64,000 nucleotides of DNA from Eledone cirrhosa. Its lineage: Eukaryota. The notes under the pieces are model-generated. The model saw only the letters and a list, made by a program, of their open reading frames with translations, searched no databases and was not told the origin of the DNA. Location: assembly GCA_964016885.1 (NCBI GenBank), contig OZ024740.1, positions 311,364,001 through 311,428,000 on the forward strand, in the 5' to 3' direction. Shown piece after piece: positions 14,086 to 29,695 of the stretch (the first letter of the stretch is position 1; each line of letters opens with the position of its first letter). Made by a program: the position numbers and the translations under genes.

Positions 14086-14596
14086 GGAGAGAGAGAGGGG
14101 GAGAGAGAGAAAGATGGGGGAGAGAGAGCGAGAGAAATGCGGATGAGAAAAGAGAGATACAGACAGACAATAGTAATATTTATAAACTTTGAGAGGTTCG
14201 TGTACGTCTAGTTATCATCCCAGCCCCACCCCACTACCACTACACACACACATTGTGTCTCTATGTGTCTATATGTTCTCTTTCATATTATTTCTTCGTC
14301 TATTTTAGCATCTAATCATATACATAACGTGTGGGATTTCGATTTACTAAATATGTTTTCATGTACAAAAATGTTAATTTGTATATTCTAGTTGTCTCAT
14401 GTAATTTCCATTCTGTATTTTTTTCTATAGTCATTCGTCTTCCATTGTTTACTATTAAGATAACGTTTCAATCAGATTACGACAGAGGTCTCATATATTT
14501 TTATCTTCTTTTTACAACTAGACGAGAGAACATAAAAGCTGAAATAACATCACACCCGCTATAATCAAGATCAGCCCCTCCAGCTGCTGAACTCCT

Positions 14597-14627
<31 letters not shown>

Positions 14628-15001
14628 CCCGCTCTGTCTCTATTCATCTCTCCCCTTACTCTGTTTCTCTCCTTTCCTCTCCCTATCTCACTCTTATTTT
14701 TTCTCTCCCTCCATCAAAGTAGGGAAAGAGGGGATCATGAACTGCTAACCAATATACACACACGTGTGTGTATGCGTTGTGTATGTGTGTGTGTGTGTAG
14801 AAACAATGTCACATTTCTCAACGAATCATTACAAAATACTGAGATTATTCCGAGATCTAAATCGATCTCAAAATAATTTCTTCCTTGGGCTAAAAAAAGT
14901 GTTGAAATCCTGAAGTTCTAATGGAGTGGGAATATGACAAAGAAGAGAAACTTTCTCTTTCCCCTGACTCTTTCTTATATATATATATATATATATTTAT
15001 A

Positions 15002-15104
<103 letters not shown>

Positions 15105-15254
15105 TAAAATAACAGATTTATTATTATTACTATATATATATAGAAAATCTGTTATTTTAATATATATAAAGTTTGTCCCAGGTTCAATCGGGGTAACCAC
15201 AGTAAGTAAGGTACTCAATACATAGCAGAGTATAATTTTTTAATATAAAAATGG

Positions 15255-15300
15255 CTTCTACAGGACTAGAACTGTTTCATTCGGGAGAAATCATCAGGAA
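15255..15300 (-). ncRNA. Type I hammerhead ribozyme in a PLE-type terminal fragment
   Basis: Minus strand reads ttc-CTGATGA-t-ttc/tccc/gaa-t-GAAA-cag/ttctagtc/ctg-TA-gaa. It is followed by ttatactctgct, a tail shared with ~28230 and ~32925. Confidence 0.75.
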
Positions 15301-17118
15301 CAAAATTTATATATATATAAATTTTGTTCTCTTTCAATCAATTAAACCAGTGTTATTTTACTTTCTTCAACTTGCCTTTTGACCTAAAATTTATAACAGT
15401 TTCAACCTGCAAGGTTTTTTAATACGATGTTGTTTTGAATAAGCGGCAATGCTTATTGTTATATACATGTATGTTTGTGTACGTCTGTGTGTTTTGTGTA
15501 TGTGTTTTATATACCAGATATAGTCTTTACAAATCAACGCTACACATATTTAAAGATTAAACAAGCCTAATCTTTCGCCAGACAAAAGTTTTTTTTAAAC
15601 AAATAAAGGATTCTGTCAAAGGAGACGAGAAAGGCGTTGATATATGTGATTTTATGGTGCAAAGTAATAAGCTGAGAGTGGTACTCAGGGCAGTTTTCAT
15701 TCCGCGTTATCTCCGCTCTATGGTAATTGAATTGCGCTTATTTGGAAAGCATTATCAATTTTCTGTGTGTGTGACTTGTTTATTTGTTGTATATGGATGA
15801 TGACCTACTGTCGCTGTATTTTTGTTTACTCCCTTTTAGCCGTGGCCAAAGCTATTTCACTCGTTTCTGCGCTTTAAGGCTGCAGTAGGACGCCCAAAAG
15901 AATGATATGTATTTCGTTTCCTTCTTCACTTAAGTTTCAAAAAGATTACCTGTACCTAAACCATATAGAAATTCTAGCAAATTATCCATAAAATCGAACT
16001 CTACTGTCTTAAATGATGAAAAAACAGATTGAATAATGTAGTTCTAGATATAACTCAAAGAGAGTGGTGTGGTCACAGCTGGTATAAATTTCAGAATTGG
16101 TATATTCGATCAGGGCTGGCTTGAAGCTAAACAACAACTATAACAACTTCTGTTTTTCACCTGCCTGGGGTCAACAAAATGTGTATCAGTTAATTGATTT
16201 TCCCCACTTTCCTAAATATTTATGTGTCCTTAAGTTATTGTAGGATATCTAATATTTACCACGCGTCTCTCTGCGTTTTCAAGCACCAAATTTAGCTGCG
16301 ATTTCTAGCACATAGGGCGACCACACATAATTTTTCTCGCTGATTTGTTTATATGTAGTCATTCCATCTGACGCAATTCGAGGTAGAAATATTGCTATGA
16401 TGTTATTGCAGCGTTATCGTTCATGAATAGCTGACGTATGAGATGCTACTTTTAAATGTTTGAACGTAAGCTTCAGCCCCCTGGATACGTTTGATTATTC
16501 TTGTGTGTGCTATTTATTGATTCACAGAACAAAACTTGATTTAATTGGAAACTGAATTCTTTTCATCTGAAGTAACAATTCTGTTATTTCATTGATATAA
16601 TAATGCAACAGCGGCCTGACTTCATGGACTTATATTTGCGTAATATCAAGTATTACCAAAAACATCACGAATAGAAGGGAAAATTTAACAATACCAATCC
16701 TTCCCTTCGTGCTAAAATAACACATTGCAAAGATATATGGGTTTCATCGTTGGAGACCTTGTACAATTGACAAGTATTTAGCCGAAGGAAGAAATGCTGC
16801 AACAACAATAACTATTACAGTGATTTTTACATATACTACGTCTCTTTTACTCATGAACAATACTCATCTCAAACCATTACATTTTCCAACCAATTCTAAA
16901 TCTAAAAATATCAGATAACCGAACATAAAGAAATACTCCACATTCTTTATATAGTCATGATTGTATCAGTGCATCTTAAATGGATAGAGAAATACTTCAA
17001 CACTGAAAGACTGCCACTCATTTGACAAAGGACAAGCAATATTTACTATTGTCATGTTCACGCATCTAGTTTTCTTATCTTTCTTTCTCTCAATCTCCCC
17101 CATCCTTCTTTTTTCTTA

Positions 17119-17187
<69 letters not shown>

Positions 17188-17554
17188 ACTCTCTCTTTTC
17201 CATGCACTCACACGCACACACATACAGTTACACACAGAAAACTGCCCAAGTACACAGCAGGTTTAGCGAGCACATAGCTGTACCGTGTTTGGCTAGTAAA
17301 ATCTGGTGGGAACAACAACGGACGAGTTGAATTAAGTTTGGACGGAACATTTACAGCTTCTCTATAGTTTAGAGAAATTTATTCTATTTCCAGATTCCCT
17401 TTTTTATTATTTCTTTTCTAGATTCAATGATTAGACTGCTACCATAATGGAGCACTGCTTTGGTTTAGTCGAATATATTGACCCCACGTCTGGTTCTTAT
17501 TTTTTCGAACTCTTTTTGTCGAACTGGTATTTTACAATAATTGATTTTGTTATT

Positions 17555-18062
17555 ATTTCTGATCTCTTCGATCGATTCTGTGCTGAATGTTCGTGTTAAT
17601 AGAGGGACAGAGCTGTCACCTGATCACTATCTAGCTATCTGCAACTTGAGACTACCTAAAGCCAAAGAAATACCCAAAACTGACAGGTCCAGGGTGACCT
17701 ACAGGATAAAGTGGGAAGTGTTGGTGGATCAGGTATGCAGACACTATTGCATCCAAATTCAGAGAACTTCCTGAGCAAACTGAAGACGTTGAAACTTGGT
17801 GGAGATTGTGCAACGCAGCAGTTTCTGCTTCAGCTGTTAAATGCTGCGAACGAAAGAGGTTTGGTGTGGCGCCGGATGACAGGGGGACCCCTTGGTTCAA
17901 CCAAGATTCAAAGATGCCATCCGAGCAAAGAAGGAGACTTACAAAGCTTGGCTTGAAAATAATTCCTCTTTCTTGCACATGGGGTATAAGCAGGCATGAA
18001 GAATCGCAGCAGAGACAGTAAAGGCCAAAGAAGAAGAAGAAGAAGAAGAAGAAGAAGAAGAA
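17555..18062 (+). mobile_element. LINE (RTE-like) APE-endonuclease-end fragment abutting (AAG)n
   Basis: VLNVRVNRGTELSPDHYLAICNLRL and PWFNQD motifs; frameshifted. Confidence 0.65.
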
Positions 18063-18369
18063 GGTATTTTACAGAACACACACAGATACAAAAATACATA
18101 TACATAAATTTTCTATTTGCCCACAACAATTAGCTTGCTGTTTATCTGAGTTCTCTCTCTCTTTCCTCTCTTTTTACATATATTTTTATACACATGCATA
18201 TATACATATGTTCATCAGGATATTAATGTATGATGAATATGAGAAACCATTGATAACCCGACCTAATGTTGTTTTAATATTGTCATAAGGTAACTATAAT
18301 AGGCCTTCAGCGGATCTGACTTGTTCAATAAAACGCTACACACACGCACACACTCACAATCAAACATTG

Positions 18370-18401
<32 letters not shown>

Positions 18402-18404
18402 TAG

Positions 18405-18442
<38 letters not shown>

Positions 18443-18592
18443 CCGAGTTTATTCAACTACTTTATGGCTAATATGTTGCAAAATGTGTTTGCAAAAAAGG
18501 TAAACACATCTACTCACATATCCTGATCACCCACACACGTGTGTGTGTATGTTCGTGTGTGTGTGTGTGTGTGTGTGTGTTCGTGTGTGTAT

Positions 18593-18650
<58 letters not shown>

Positions 18651-19654
18651 TCAGTCGCGTGTTAACTAAACTTTTTACTGTGCAACTTCTCCAGCTACTC
18701 AATAAGGACATAACTATTTTTGGTAAAACTGTGTGCTGATAATCGTATCTCAATTTTGCAATATTTTGCCTAAAATTAGATTTGTTAAATACAATATTTC
18801 CTGTCCTATTGTTGCATCCAGAAACAAATAGTCCATTCTTCCAAACTTCTAGCTGCTAAAAAGAGAGTATTATCACGAACATTGCTTTGTTTTCTTGTTT
18901 ATTCTGTCACAGCTTTCCGTCTCAGCTCCCATTCATTCAAACATCTCTTCAGTGATGAATTCGTGATGATATATTCCGTAAAACTAATGCATTGACTATT
19001 AAATATGTCTAAGTTAGATTACCGTAAAATGACCAGTTGGATGAAAATGCGATAAGCAAATATATTTCTGTAATTGACAAGAGATATAGCCTAAATAACA
19101 ATCTCCCAGCGAACCGTTTCTGAAACCAAAATAGATATTTTTACTATTCTGTCAGTTCTTGGAATTTCACGGTTCAAATCTTCCTCGTCTTTTCACTTCA
19201 CCACTTCATCACAAATAGTCAAAATGAAGAATGGAGACTCTCGTTTCAGATAAATTCATTCAAAATATGTTTCAGTACGCTGAGTTCATTTATCAAATCA
19301 ATAATTTCCGTGACCCTATTCGGAAATATATTCTTATGGAACGCACTTAACATTTTATATTTTTCATATGAAGACATTTCTCAGCTTTTTTTTTTTTAGT
19401 AAATTATGCTGTAACCCTTGTACTCGTGGTTAATTGTATAATATAGTCATGAACATGTTAACATTTTATCAAATTTCTCACAAATAAAAGATTTTCTTTT
19501 TGCATTTCGTTCGGAATTATACCATGATCTATAGGTTCGGAACCGCTGTCATATGCAATTATTCGTGGTTTGTACTGTTATTAACACCGCCCTATATGCA
19601 TGACCAAAGCAATTCTTGCTGGTATAAACTATCTCTATAATAGATAACATAAGT

Positions 19655-19878
19655 TAGTACAGAATGGAGAAGGAGTTTCCCCGGAGAACGGTAAGGGAGA
19701 TGCGCTGGAAGAGCCATTCCAACTCGCGAGGCTCACGCCTGCGGCTGGCCAGCTCAGCACCAATGGGGGTGAGTAGGGAGGTAGCCCTATGGCCAAGGAC
19801 ACCAAAAATCTCCACTGCTAAGGGTACGACTGCGAACCTATCGGAGAGCGACCGGTACTTGGAGAGTTTGGCCTCGAC
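19655..19878 (-). mobile_element. CRE-type non-LTR retrotransposon restriction-like endonuclease C-terminal fragment
   Basis: Minus frame reads EAKLSKYRSLSDRFAVVPLAVEIFGVLG..IG..R..LFQRISLTVLRGNSFSIL; GC-rich island. Confidence 0.75.
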
Positions 19879-21100
19879 ATAGCTCTAAATAGTGAGAACA
19901 ATAGATGATTTTACTAGCTTTTTTTAATCAGCTGTTTTGCGATCGTGATAGAAGCGTTCAAACAGCAATTTTACCGAAAGTGTATTTGCTATAAATTAAT
20001 AAAATCTTGTAATGTGGTTTGAAGGTTTAATTGCTAAATTATGCTAAAACAATTTAAATATTGGTTCCTTTAGACCGAATTCATCTAAGGAATGTGTGTT
20101 GATGGGAGTTTCATACTTTTACACTGCTTAGCCCTGAAAGATTAAATTCCTAGATAAAACCAGCCTGCTCTCTCACGTCTAGTCGAGAGTGCTGATCAAA
20201 TATATTTGTATCATTAGCAGAGTTTCCGATCATATATTTTGTAAAGATAGTTTTATCCAAACAGCCGTTAATGTGAATGCCGACGTTTCTGCCCAATATA
20301 TCCATTTACATACACGAAGTAAATAATGCTAACAGAGTTTTAGTGCTTCTAGAGTTTACAGCAACACTATACTTTGTTCATGTTTTCTTGTAAATTCTGT
20401 ATCCTAGCTCTTGTGTGAGATCAAATTTATAACAAAACGAAACAATAAAACATTTACAAGCAAAACAATTTTAGTCAATCGCCCTCGCTTTTAAACGCAT
20501 ATAGGATAAACTACCAGCAAATTTTATTGTCTTCCGTCTTGTTTGTAATCAGGTTCCTGCCTCATAAAATAGAAGAATAATGAGCTACATGCCTCTGAAG
20601 TCAGTATTTGACTAGAAGAATTATGATTTGGTTATTGAAACAAGAAAAATTGAACTGTTATGCAAATATTTTAAATCACTTTTACACCGGCAATACTTTG
20701 GTGAATGACGTGGTACAAGAGGTGAGCTCATAACCTATGAGTCAACTTTATTTCTAATTAATGCCAGTAATACACTTGGTAAAGGCATGTCACAAAACAC
20801 TCCAGTGCACCTTTCCCTGAAACACTATTATAAATCCTCTAAAAGGTGCTCACTCGACCTGCTAGAAATACCAGTTAATTTTCTCTGAAATGTCACCCAA
20901 CCATCTTTTAAAAAGGATACATTGGATAATGTAGTTTTCGATATGCTTTGAATAAAGGATGAATTAGTCATGACTGGAATAACTTTGCTCGCGGGATCAT
21001 TTTTAACAACAATAACATAACCTAAATCATTTATGTCTAATTATATGGAACCAATCTATTTTGGAGTTATTATTTAGCTGAGAGAGTAACACGCCATACT

Positions 21101-21264
21101 CAGAGGTGTAGCAAAATGTTGAGGGAGACAGTGCCCCCACCTCTCACCCCACCCTGGATTCATAAAGGTATGTAAAACCTCCTCAAATCTATTATGCTTG
21201 TTAATTAAGGTCGGGTGTCACATCCTCATTGTAATAGAGCACTGAAAATCCTTGTACACCACTG
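21101..21264. mobile_element. Old hAT-like MITE
   Basis: TIR cagaggtgta / tacaccactg; diverged 8-bp flanks gccatact / atcacact. Confidence 0.45.
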
Positions 21265-23304
21265 ATCACACTAACATTTTTCCAGTATTTAATTTTCTCC
21301 CTTTATGTTTTTTTAGTTCTAAATTATATATAATTACAATGTGCTTATAAACCAAAATTAAAAGTCCAAGACATTTAATCACTGACAATTGTTTCTTCCC
21401 ATAGGTATGTATCACCAACAGCAAGTTATTTTATTTAACAATTTGCTATTAGTTAGCAAAAACCATAGGAATCATCAGAGTTTAAAATCCAAAACGATTA
21501 AATACAATATCAATACAAATCATTTAAGAACAAAAAATGATATATATCATTTATCTAATTAGATAGCAGGTCAAATAACAGGATGTCAGATGTATTAAAA
21601 TACTTAAATGTTATTTGTAAGAGTAGTAACTTTCCAATAATGAATTGTAAGTTATATAGTTTTAGCATAGCAATATTCATAGTGTGTAGAAGCAATCCAT
21701 CGAATTGAACAGGGTTAAAGTTGAAAAATATTTACTGCAGAATTACTATTATATCAGAAAACATGAAATTATACCGAGTGAATATATATATATATATATT
21801 AATGTTTAAATTGTTTAAAGAGATGTTATAAAGACTATAGTAATTATTAAGTAATCAATAATATTTAACTAGATGTAAAAAGAATATATTAATATAAATA
21901 AATAGTGTAATATACTTTTTTTTTATTTTTAAATTTACAAATTTCAAAATATTATGTCTACTCAATCAGGGCTGACTTAGGGTTAAACAAAAACAATGAA
22001 AGAACCGCTTTGTGATCGCTCAGCCTACTAGAAAGAGCAGCCAAATTTCCTTCAAACAACCTTCTACCACCTTAAATAAGACATAAAATGATAGATTCCT
22101 ACACAACCATAAAAATATGGAATGGTTACAACTGGAATAGTATTCATTATAAGCCTATTCGATTGTTCCTGAACAACACCATAATATTTTAATTAATTAG
22201 ATATGAAGTCATTAAGTAAATAATGCATCAAAGCAGCACTACTTCGTAATTTGAACCTATGATTCGGGGTACTTCAAAAGTGATTTATTGTGAAATGATT
22301 ACAGATCAATAGTGGGGTGTATGGCAGTCAAATATTTCAAGATTTAGGCAATTCTTTTGCTCTCAGACAAACGAATAATTCCTGTCAATGAAATGTTGAA
22401 CCCAGTTGATGAGACCAATAAACACAGGAAGAAATGAACCCAGCACTGCGAATAAATGAAAAATTCTTTAACTTTAAAATCATACCGGTTATTGCAACGG
22501 CAAAATAGTCTATACTATGCTACCCACTCACAGTAGTTGGACGTTATCGTCACATATTAAGTCGCTTGGTCAAAGATACAATTTCGTGTTGGTAGTACTG
22601 TACTAACTACTTCCCATTACTAACTTTCTGAAGCATAGTGTTATATTACTGGTACTTACTTCTAACAGCCTAACTTGACTGAAAGGTCAAGTTGTTTCAG
22701 ATCAACTCTGATTGAACAAAAGCATTCTAGCAATAACCATCTAATACTACATTATCTAACATGGCTTTTCTTTATTGAAGATGGCAGGATACCATTGGAG
22801 GAAGCTATTTCTAGAAGTTCAGGTGAACACATAGAGGCTCTAAGTTGTCTCTGAAAATATTTCAATATAGAAAGACATTAATCTAGATAATAAAGATAAC
22901 ACATATGAAGGCTTGCCGTTTATATATTTCCTATAACTTACTTATTCTTTGGGATTTTCCTGCTTTTACTCATTGAACTACGGTCAAGCAGAGCCACTAA
23001 CTTGAATGGTTTTTATTTAGTCAATCATATAGCCTGCTTAGTCAAAGAAATATACAACAACACGAAACAATATATTTGCAATCTTAAACTCGAATATACA
23101 TTGCTTAGTTTAGACTCGTAACTGCGCAGAGGGAAACAGTAAAAGGACATGACCGTGGCGATTAAGCCATTCTAGGATAGAAAATGTTGGAGGTTAGTGA
23201 GCAAGTGAAGTGAACTTAATTGTTATCAAGAATTGAAACAGATTGTCCAGGAGAATATTCCCTTCCTTGAGCCATTTATTCCTGAGTCGATAGGACATCA
23301 CCAT

Positions 23305-23790
23305 GAAGAAGAAGAAGAAGAAGAAGAAGAAGAAGAAGAAGAAGAAGAAGAAGAAGAAGAAGAAGAAGAAGAAGAAGAACAACAACAACAACAACAACAA
23401 TTTCTGATAGTGGGATGGTTCTTTATTTATGAAGCCTGATGGTATGAAAAGCAAAGTTGATTTCGGTAAGATTTAAACTCAGATCACAGAGAACTTGAAC
23501 GAACGCTGCAAGGCATTTTATACGATGTTTTATGAATGTTAATTTGCTGCATTATCTGAGACGGTATTATCTAATGTTCCCTTCCATTTTTAAGACGGTG
23601 TGGTAAGATTTGAAATAAATATGGTTGCTATTTCTTGCTGCTCGAGCGATCATGTGCTCATGGTTGAGATTGTATCTCTGTGTATCTGTTTGTGTGAAAA
23701 GATATATGACTGTTCGTGGAAGAAAGAAAAATAGTCAAAGGGTTGCGATTGCGAAACAAAAAGTGAATACTATTAATACTTTGTATTTTT
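23305..23790 (+). repeat. Arm A of an inverted duplication with 31255-31950
   Basis: 23400-23550 is nearly identical to the reverse complement of 31750-31900; 23560-23770 matches the reverse complement of 31280-31490. Confidence 0.85.
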
Positions 23791-23864
23791 TTCAAAAGTC
23801 GACATGGATATTTAGGTTGAGCTCTTGCGTGTGTGCTTCAGTTTGTGTATATAGGTATGTAGGG

Positions 23865-24190
23865 AAGGTGTGTGGCTTGGTATTTAAGGTGTTCAGCTTA
23901 CGATCGTAAGATCTTGAGTTCAATTCTCGGCAGCATGTTGTTTCCTTTGAGCAAGACATTTTATTTCACGTTGCTCCAGTCCACCCAGCTAGCAAAATTA
24001 AGTTGTGCATGTAACTCGAAAGGCCAGCCTTGTCACATTCTGTGCCATGCTGAAATTTCCTGAGCACTACGTTTAGGGTACGCGTGTCTGTGGAATTCCC
24101 AGCCACATTCTCGTTAATTTCATGAGCAGACTGTTCTGTTGATTGTATCAACTCGAACACACGTCGTCGAAACCGACGGAGAGCCAGTTT
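23865..24190 (+). mobile_element. tRNA-derived SINE (second family)
   Basis: A box tggcttggtatt, B box gagttcaattc, then gagcaagac..gttgctccagtccacccagct; related copies at ~35325-35615 and ~42930-43130. Confidence 0.7.
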
Positions 24191-24967
24191 AGTTATAAGT
24201 ATGTAAAATAGTATGCTTCCGTAGGTGTATAAATGTGTTTACATATACGGTATTTTGTTCGAAATGTTCTGGCTGCAGAAACATTATGTACGCTACTTTC
24301 TTTAAAAACAGTAGTTTCCTGTGTTATGATTACGTCCGTGTTCAAAGTCCAGACAGACTTGGAAGTCAAATCGTTCGTGTCAGGAAATTAAAATCATTCA
24401 TATTGCTGCGTATATATTTATGTCTATGTATATATACATATATAAATATATATATATATATATATGGGGGGGGGTATGTGTGTGCATGTGTGTATGTGTA
24501 TGTTGTATGTATTTGTATGTACGTGTGTGTATTGGGTGCATATTTGTATAGACAAAATTATATATATATATATATATATATACATCTATGCATATAGAGG
24601 AAGGTATAACCCGACAGCGACGCGAAGCGGTCTCGGCTTCTGTTCAGCAAGCCTTTTAAAAGTAAACTGAGTTACGAAGAATATTTTTTCTCTTTGGAAT
24701 TTATGTGAGATGTGTGAAATTAGGTCACTAGCTGAGCTGGGAGTTCTATGGTCAAATTTGTCATTGTTATAAGCTTCGGGGGATCTTATACTGGCTAGTG
24801 GTCAGGGGAAGGAAATAATGTGGGTGGGGTTAAAAGTGGGTAATGGGTAGGAGTGGAGGAGAAGAAGACGAGGTATATATAGATACAGACATACACACAC
24901 TTATATATATATATGTATAAATACGTATATATATTGTATATATTTGTATGCATACTTATATTGTTTC

Positions 24968-25097
24968 TGCTTTTTGCACAAGGCCCAGTGAGTTACCGGT
25001 ACTTTATTTTATCAACCTCGTAAGGATAAAAGGCAAAGCTAAACTCGGTGGAATTTGAACTCAGAACGTAAAGAGCATGTCCGACTCTCTACCGATA
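24968..25097 (-). mobile_element. tRNA-derived SINE, internally deleted
   Basis: Reverse of the B box (gagttcaaattcc) and the gataaaataaagtacc core. Confidence 0.7.
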
Positions 25098-25616
25098 CTA
25101 TACATACATATATTAATGTCAGATCGCTCTCAACAACATGACAACACGGTCGAGTCGTTGGCGACTAATCTAAGTAACGTTGGTGAGGAGAGTGGATGTT
25201 GGACATCTTTTAGGATGAAAAACTCAACCCTTCAAAGAACGGAGGAACTCAAGATAGTCAATGGTCATCCAATTGTGGGTACAAAAAAAAAGGGATATAA
25301 GTTAGTCATTGGCCTTAGTTGGCAGTTTGTCTAGGAGAACCAGTTTGATTTCAAAACTAGGGTAAATAGGACACTTTAGTTACTTTGGTGACAACTTTTC
25401 AAGTGGCCGACAGCTTCATCCTTATGATGAAGCTGTCGGCCACTGCGGCTCGGTAGCCAGCTTCCGAATAATGTTCGGACAAGAATTCGGAACCCACCTA
25501 CGTCACTTTTTATGTGATGAGAATTATGGACATACATCATATAGATGAAATTGGTGTGATTTTTCATGGTATCCCACCTTCAGCAATGAGGATGGGAAGA
25601 TACCAGACCATGTATG

Positions 25617-25736
<120 letters not shown>

Positions 25737-25753
25737 TGTGTGTGTGTGTGTGT

Positions 25754-25825
<72 letters not shown>

Positions 25826-25918
25826 TGGTGCTCTGAAATAGCTATGTATACATGAATGTATGTATAGTATATATTTGGCAATATGCTGTATGTTTAATTA
25901 AAAACATTTTGAAGACTA

Positions 25919-26357
25919 TTCACTATGAGTTTTAAAGTAGTGACTATGTCACTTACTTGTTCTCGGCAAAAACAACTGAGCCGAGAATAAGTACATGACA
26001 TAGTCACTACTTTAAAACTCATAGTGAATGGTCAGTATAAGGAGCAATGGTGAAAAGTGAAATATTGAGCATATTATATATAAAAAGATATTGTTTAAGG
26101 TAATACCTTAAACAATATCTTTTTATATATAATATGCTTAATATTGGATTGGCAGTATCGGTAGAGGGTCGGACGCCATGCTTTCCAGCATACTTACGTC
26201 CCTTTACGATCTGAGTTCAAATCCCGCCGAGGTTGACTTTGCCTTTCATCCTTACGGGGTCGATAAAATAAAGTACCAGTAATGAACTGGGTTATTGCTG
26301 GCCTTGTGCCTAAAGTAGAAACAAATATTTCATTTTTCACCATTGCTCCTTATACTG
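25919..26357. repeat. Two adjacent fold-back palindromes, the second split by a SINE
   Basis: Hairpin at 25919-26029. 26033-26100 pairs with 26106-26146 plus 26325-26357, with the SINE flanked by aatatt. Confidence 0.85.
26146..26325 (+). mobile_element. tRNA-derived SINE (Meta-domain-like, octopus type)
   Basis: A box tggcagtatcgg, B box gagttcaaatcc, core gcctttcatccttacggggtcgataaaataaagtaccagt, tail gtgcctaaagtagaaac. Confidence 0.85.
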
Positions 26358-26489
26358 TGTTTTCTGTAGCATAACATCCTTTTGTAACTCCTGCTTTTCT
26401 ATATGATGTCAATGACACTGGCAATAGTTACGTATCTATATAAATGTTCTGATGACTAAGATTTTAATTACCTGTTTAAACATTCTCTA

Positions 26490-26537
26490 TGCTCCGATGA
26501 TTCCAGACGTCCGTCTGGAACAAAACAATTGTCAGCA
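26490..26537 (+). ncRNA. Degenerate hammerhead (U4C, G12A)
   Basis: tgct-CCGATGA-ttccagacg/tc/cgtctggaa-c-AAAA-caattg-TC-agca. Confidence 0.6.
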
Positions 26538-26699
26538 ATTAAATGTATTAAACTAAGATTTGATTGTTTTATATTTTGTATATATATATATATATATATA
26601 TATGAAAAGATTCAGGACTCCAGCAGCTGAGCTCCGGCCGTTTCGACAGCTAGATCCGAATAAATATATATAAGACAAATACAATGATACAATTACAGA

Positions 26700-27340
26700 A
26701 GGTCTTATCAATTTATTTCTATTCGAAACAACAAACTACATGGTTTTCCCTTCGGGTTTAATGCACTTTTCTGTCCTTCTCTGCCACGCTTTGCACTGCG
26801 GGGAGGATTCTTCTCGGATGCCCCTCAGCTCCTTCATCATGGTCTTCTTGATAGCCTCCATGCCTTGATGACTCCCTTGAGCTTCGGGAAAAGAAAAAAT
26901 CACACTGAGCAAGATCAGGTGATGCACTTCTCGACCAGGAACTGCCGGATGCTCAGGGCGTTGTGAGCCGGCGATCTTCCGCATGCCCAAATCTTTTGTG
27001 ATAATCTTCCAAAAGCTGTCGCGGTTCATGCCCAGTTCACTTGCGATCAGTCAAGCAGTCAGCCGACGATCACCACGCACCACCTGTCTCACGCGCTCAA
27101 AGTCGACCTTAGTCATGCTCGTTAAAGGCATCCCGCTCATGAGGTCGTCTTCCACGTCCTCGCGTCCTTTTAAACCTTTTGTGCCACTCTAAAATCCGTG
27201 ACATCGTATCATCTACGTACATATGCTGCAGTATTCCGAGTGCTTCTGACGGAGTTTAACCCAGACAGACGAGAAACTTCAGGTCGGTTCGTTGCTCTGT
27301 GCCCATCGCATGACGGCCTAAAATTGAGTAGCTGTGAACA
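26700..27340 (-). mobile_element. Internally deleted mariner remnant
   Basis: FKGREDVEDD..ERVRQVVRGDRRLT..IASELGMNRDSFWKIITKDLGMRKI joined to the C-terminal AWQRRTEKCI..G. Confidence 0.8.
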
Positions 27341-27517
27341 AAAGCATGCCAAAAAATATACAGTAGCTGCAGATATTATGTAACACGGCGATGCAACTTG
27401 CTAATCCCTACCCCACTCATAGCTCACACAGCACACTTAGTCCTGTTTCTTTTCAGACACACCTTGTATATATATATATATATATATATAAGCAAACTAC
27501 AACACACACACACACTC

Positions 27518-28372
<855 letters not shown>

Positions 28373-29289
28373 ATTAAAATAATGTATTGGTGAAAGCGTT
28401 CACCTTGCGCTTCACTTAACTTGCCAGATAATAGCCGAGATGAAAATATAGAAAGTAAATTTATACACTCATCCCATTGAAAGCATCAACCATGATCTTA
28501 TTCCAAAATGTCTAAAAGGTTTTGTTGTTATTTGGCCCCAGGCTTATCCTATTCAAACAGAATACTGGTTTTTAATGTTACTTCTGTTATAGCTAGAATT
28601 TGAGATTTTTCTAAATGTTTGTCACATTATGTTTTCGTGTGCAGTGATAGGAAACTAACTTTTTTTAATCAATCAGAGGAACTATAATGTAACACTATTT
28701 TGTATGCCGCTGAAAACATATTACTCAGCGACTTGTGTTCATCTAAAAACCAAAATGACATATATTGGCCCAACTTTCTCTTAGATATCAAAATTAGAAA
28801 TTTTATACAACTACCTTTAAGTGTGACTTACATTTAAAGTAGTAGAAATCAAACAACTGTACTTGTTAATATATTTCATTTCATCATTGAAAACTGTGAC
28901 TGCGCTTACGGGAAACTAGTCACCATACCAACTTCTTCAAACTGGTGCTTTCCTCTTCACGAAGCAACACTACTGGCGCACCTTCGGGGGAATCTTGGCA
29001 TGATCTAAAACCCATAATATAATCTAAAACCCACAAGTAGTTCACACGCAGGGAAAAAATATGTTTACACACTGTAGAGGATATTATCAATAAAGAATCT
29101 GCAAAATGACCATAAAACTTGGTACATTTACAAGGCCTGAAAGCTCTCGCCTCACAAATTGCAGCTAGATCTATGGCAACAACATCGCTGAGTCTGACAG
29201 CCAACACACTGTAGTCTTCACTAACAACATTTCAAACATTTTTTAAAACTGATAAGATACTTTTCTTCATCACCTTATCATTATTAAGG

Positions 29290-29695
29290 GTGGTGGGTTG
29301 TCAGTATCGGTAGAGCGTTGGACAACAAGCTTAGCGCCATAGAATTACGACCCTTTAAATTCTGATTTCAAATACCGCCAGGGTCAATACAATAAAAGCA
29401 CCAGTAATGCACTGGAGTCAAGTTAATCGACTTTCTCCTCCCCCAAAATTGCTGGCTTTGTGCCTATAGTAGAAATCATTATGGATTGGAAATATCAGTA
29501 GACCGTCAGACGCCATGCTTTGCAGCATAGTGTTACGGCCATTTAAGTTCTGATTTCAAATCCTGCCGAGGTTAGCTTTGCCTTTCATCCTTACGGAGTC
29601 GATAAAATAAAGTACCAGTAATGCACTGGGGTCGATTTAATCTACCTTCCCCTCTCGCCAAATTACTGACCTTGTGCCTATAGTAGAAATCATTA
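29290..29695 (+). mobile_element. Two tandem tRNA-derived SINEs
   Basis: Two A/B-box heads, each ending gtgcctatagtagaaatcatt. Confidence 0.8.

Noticed and set aside
26620-26660. Minus-strand cgaaacggccg
   Set aside because: Only a 3' half; no CUGANGA core upstream
28920-29207. 95-aa minus-strand ORF
   Set aside because: No recognisable domain or convincing splice context
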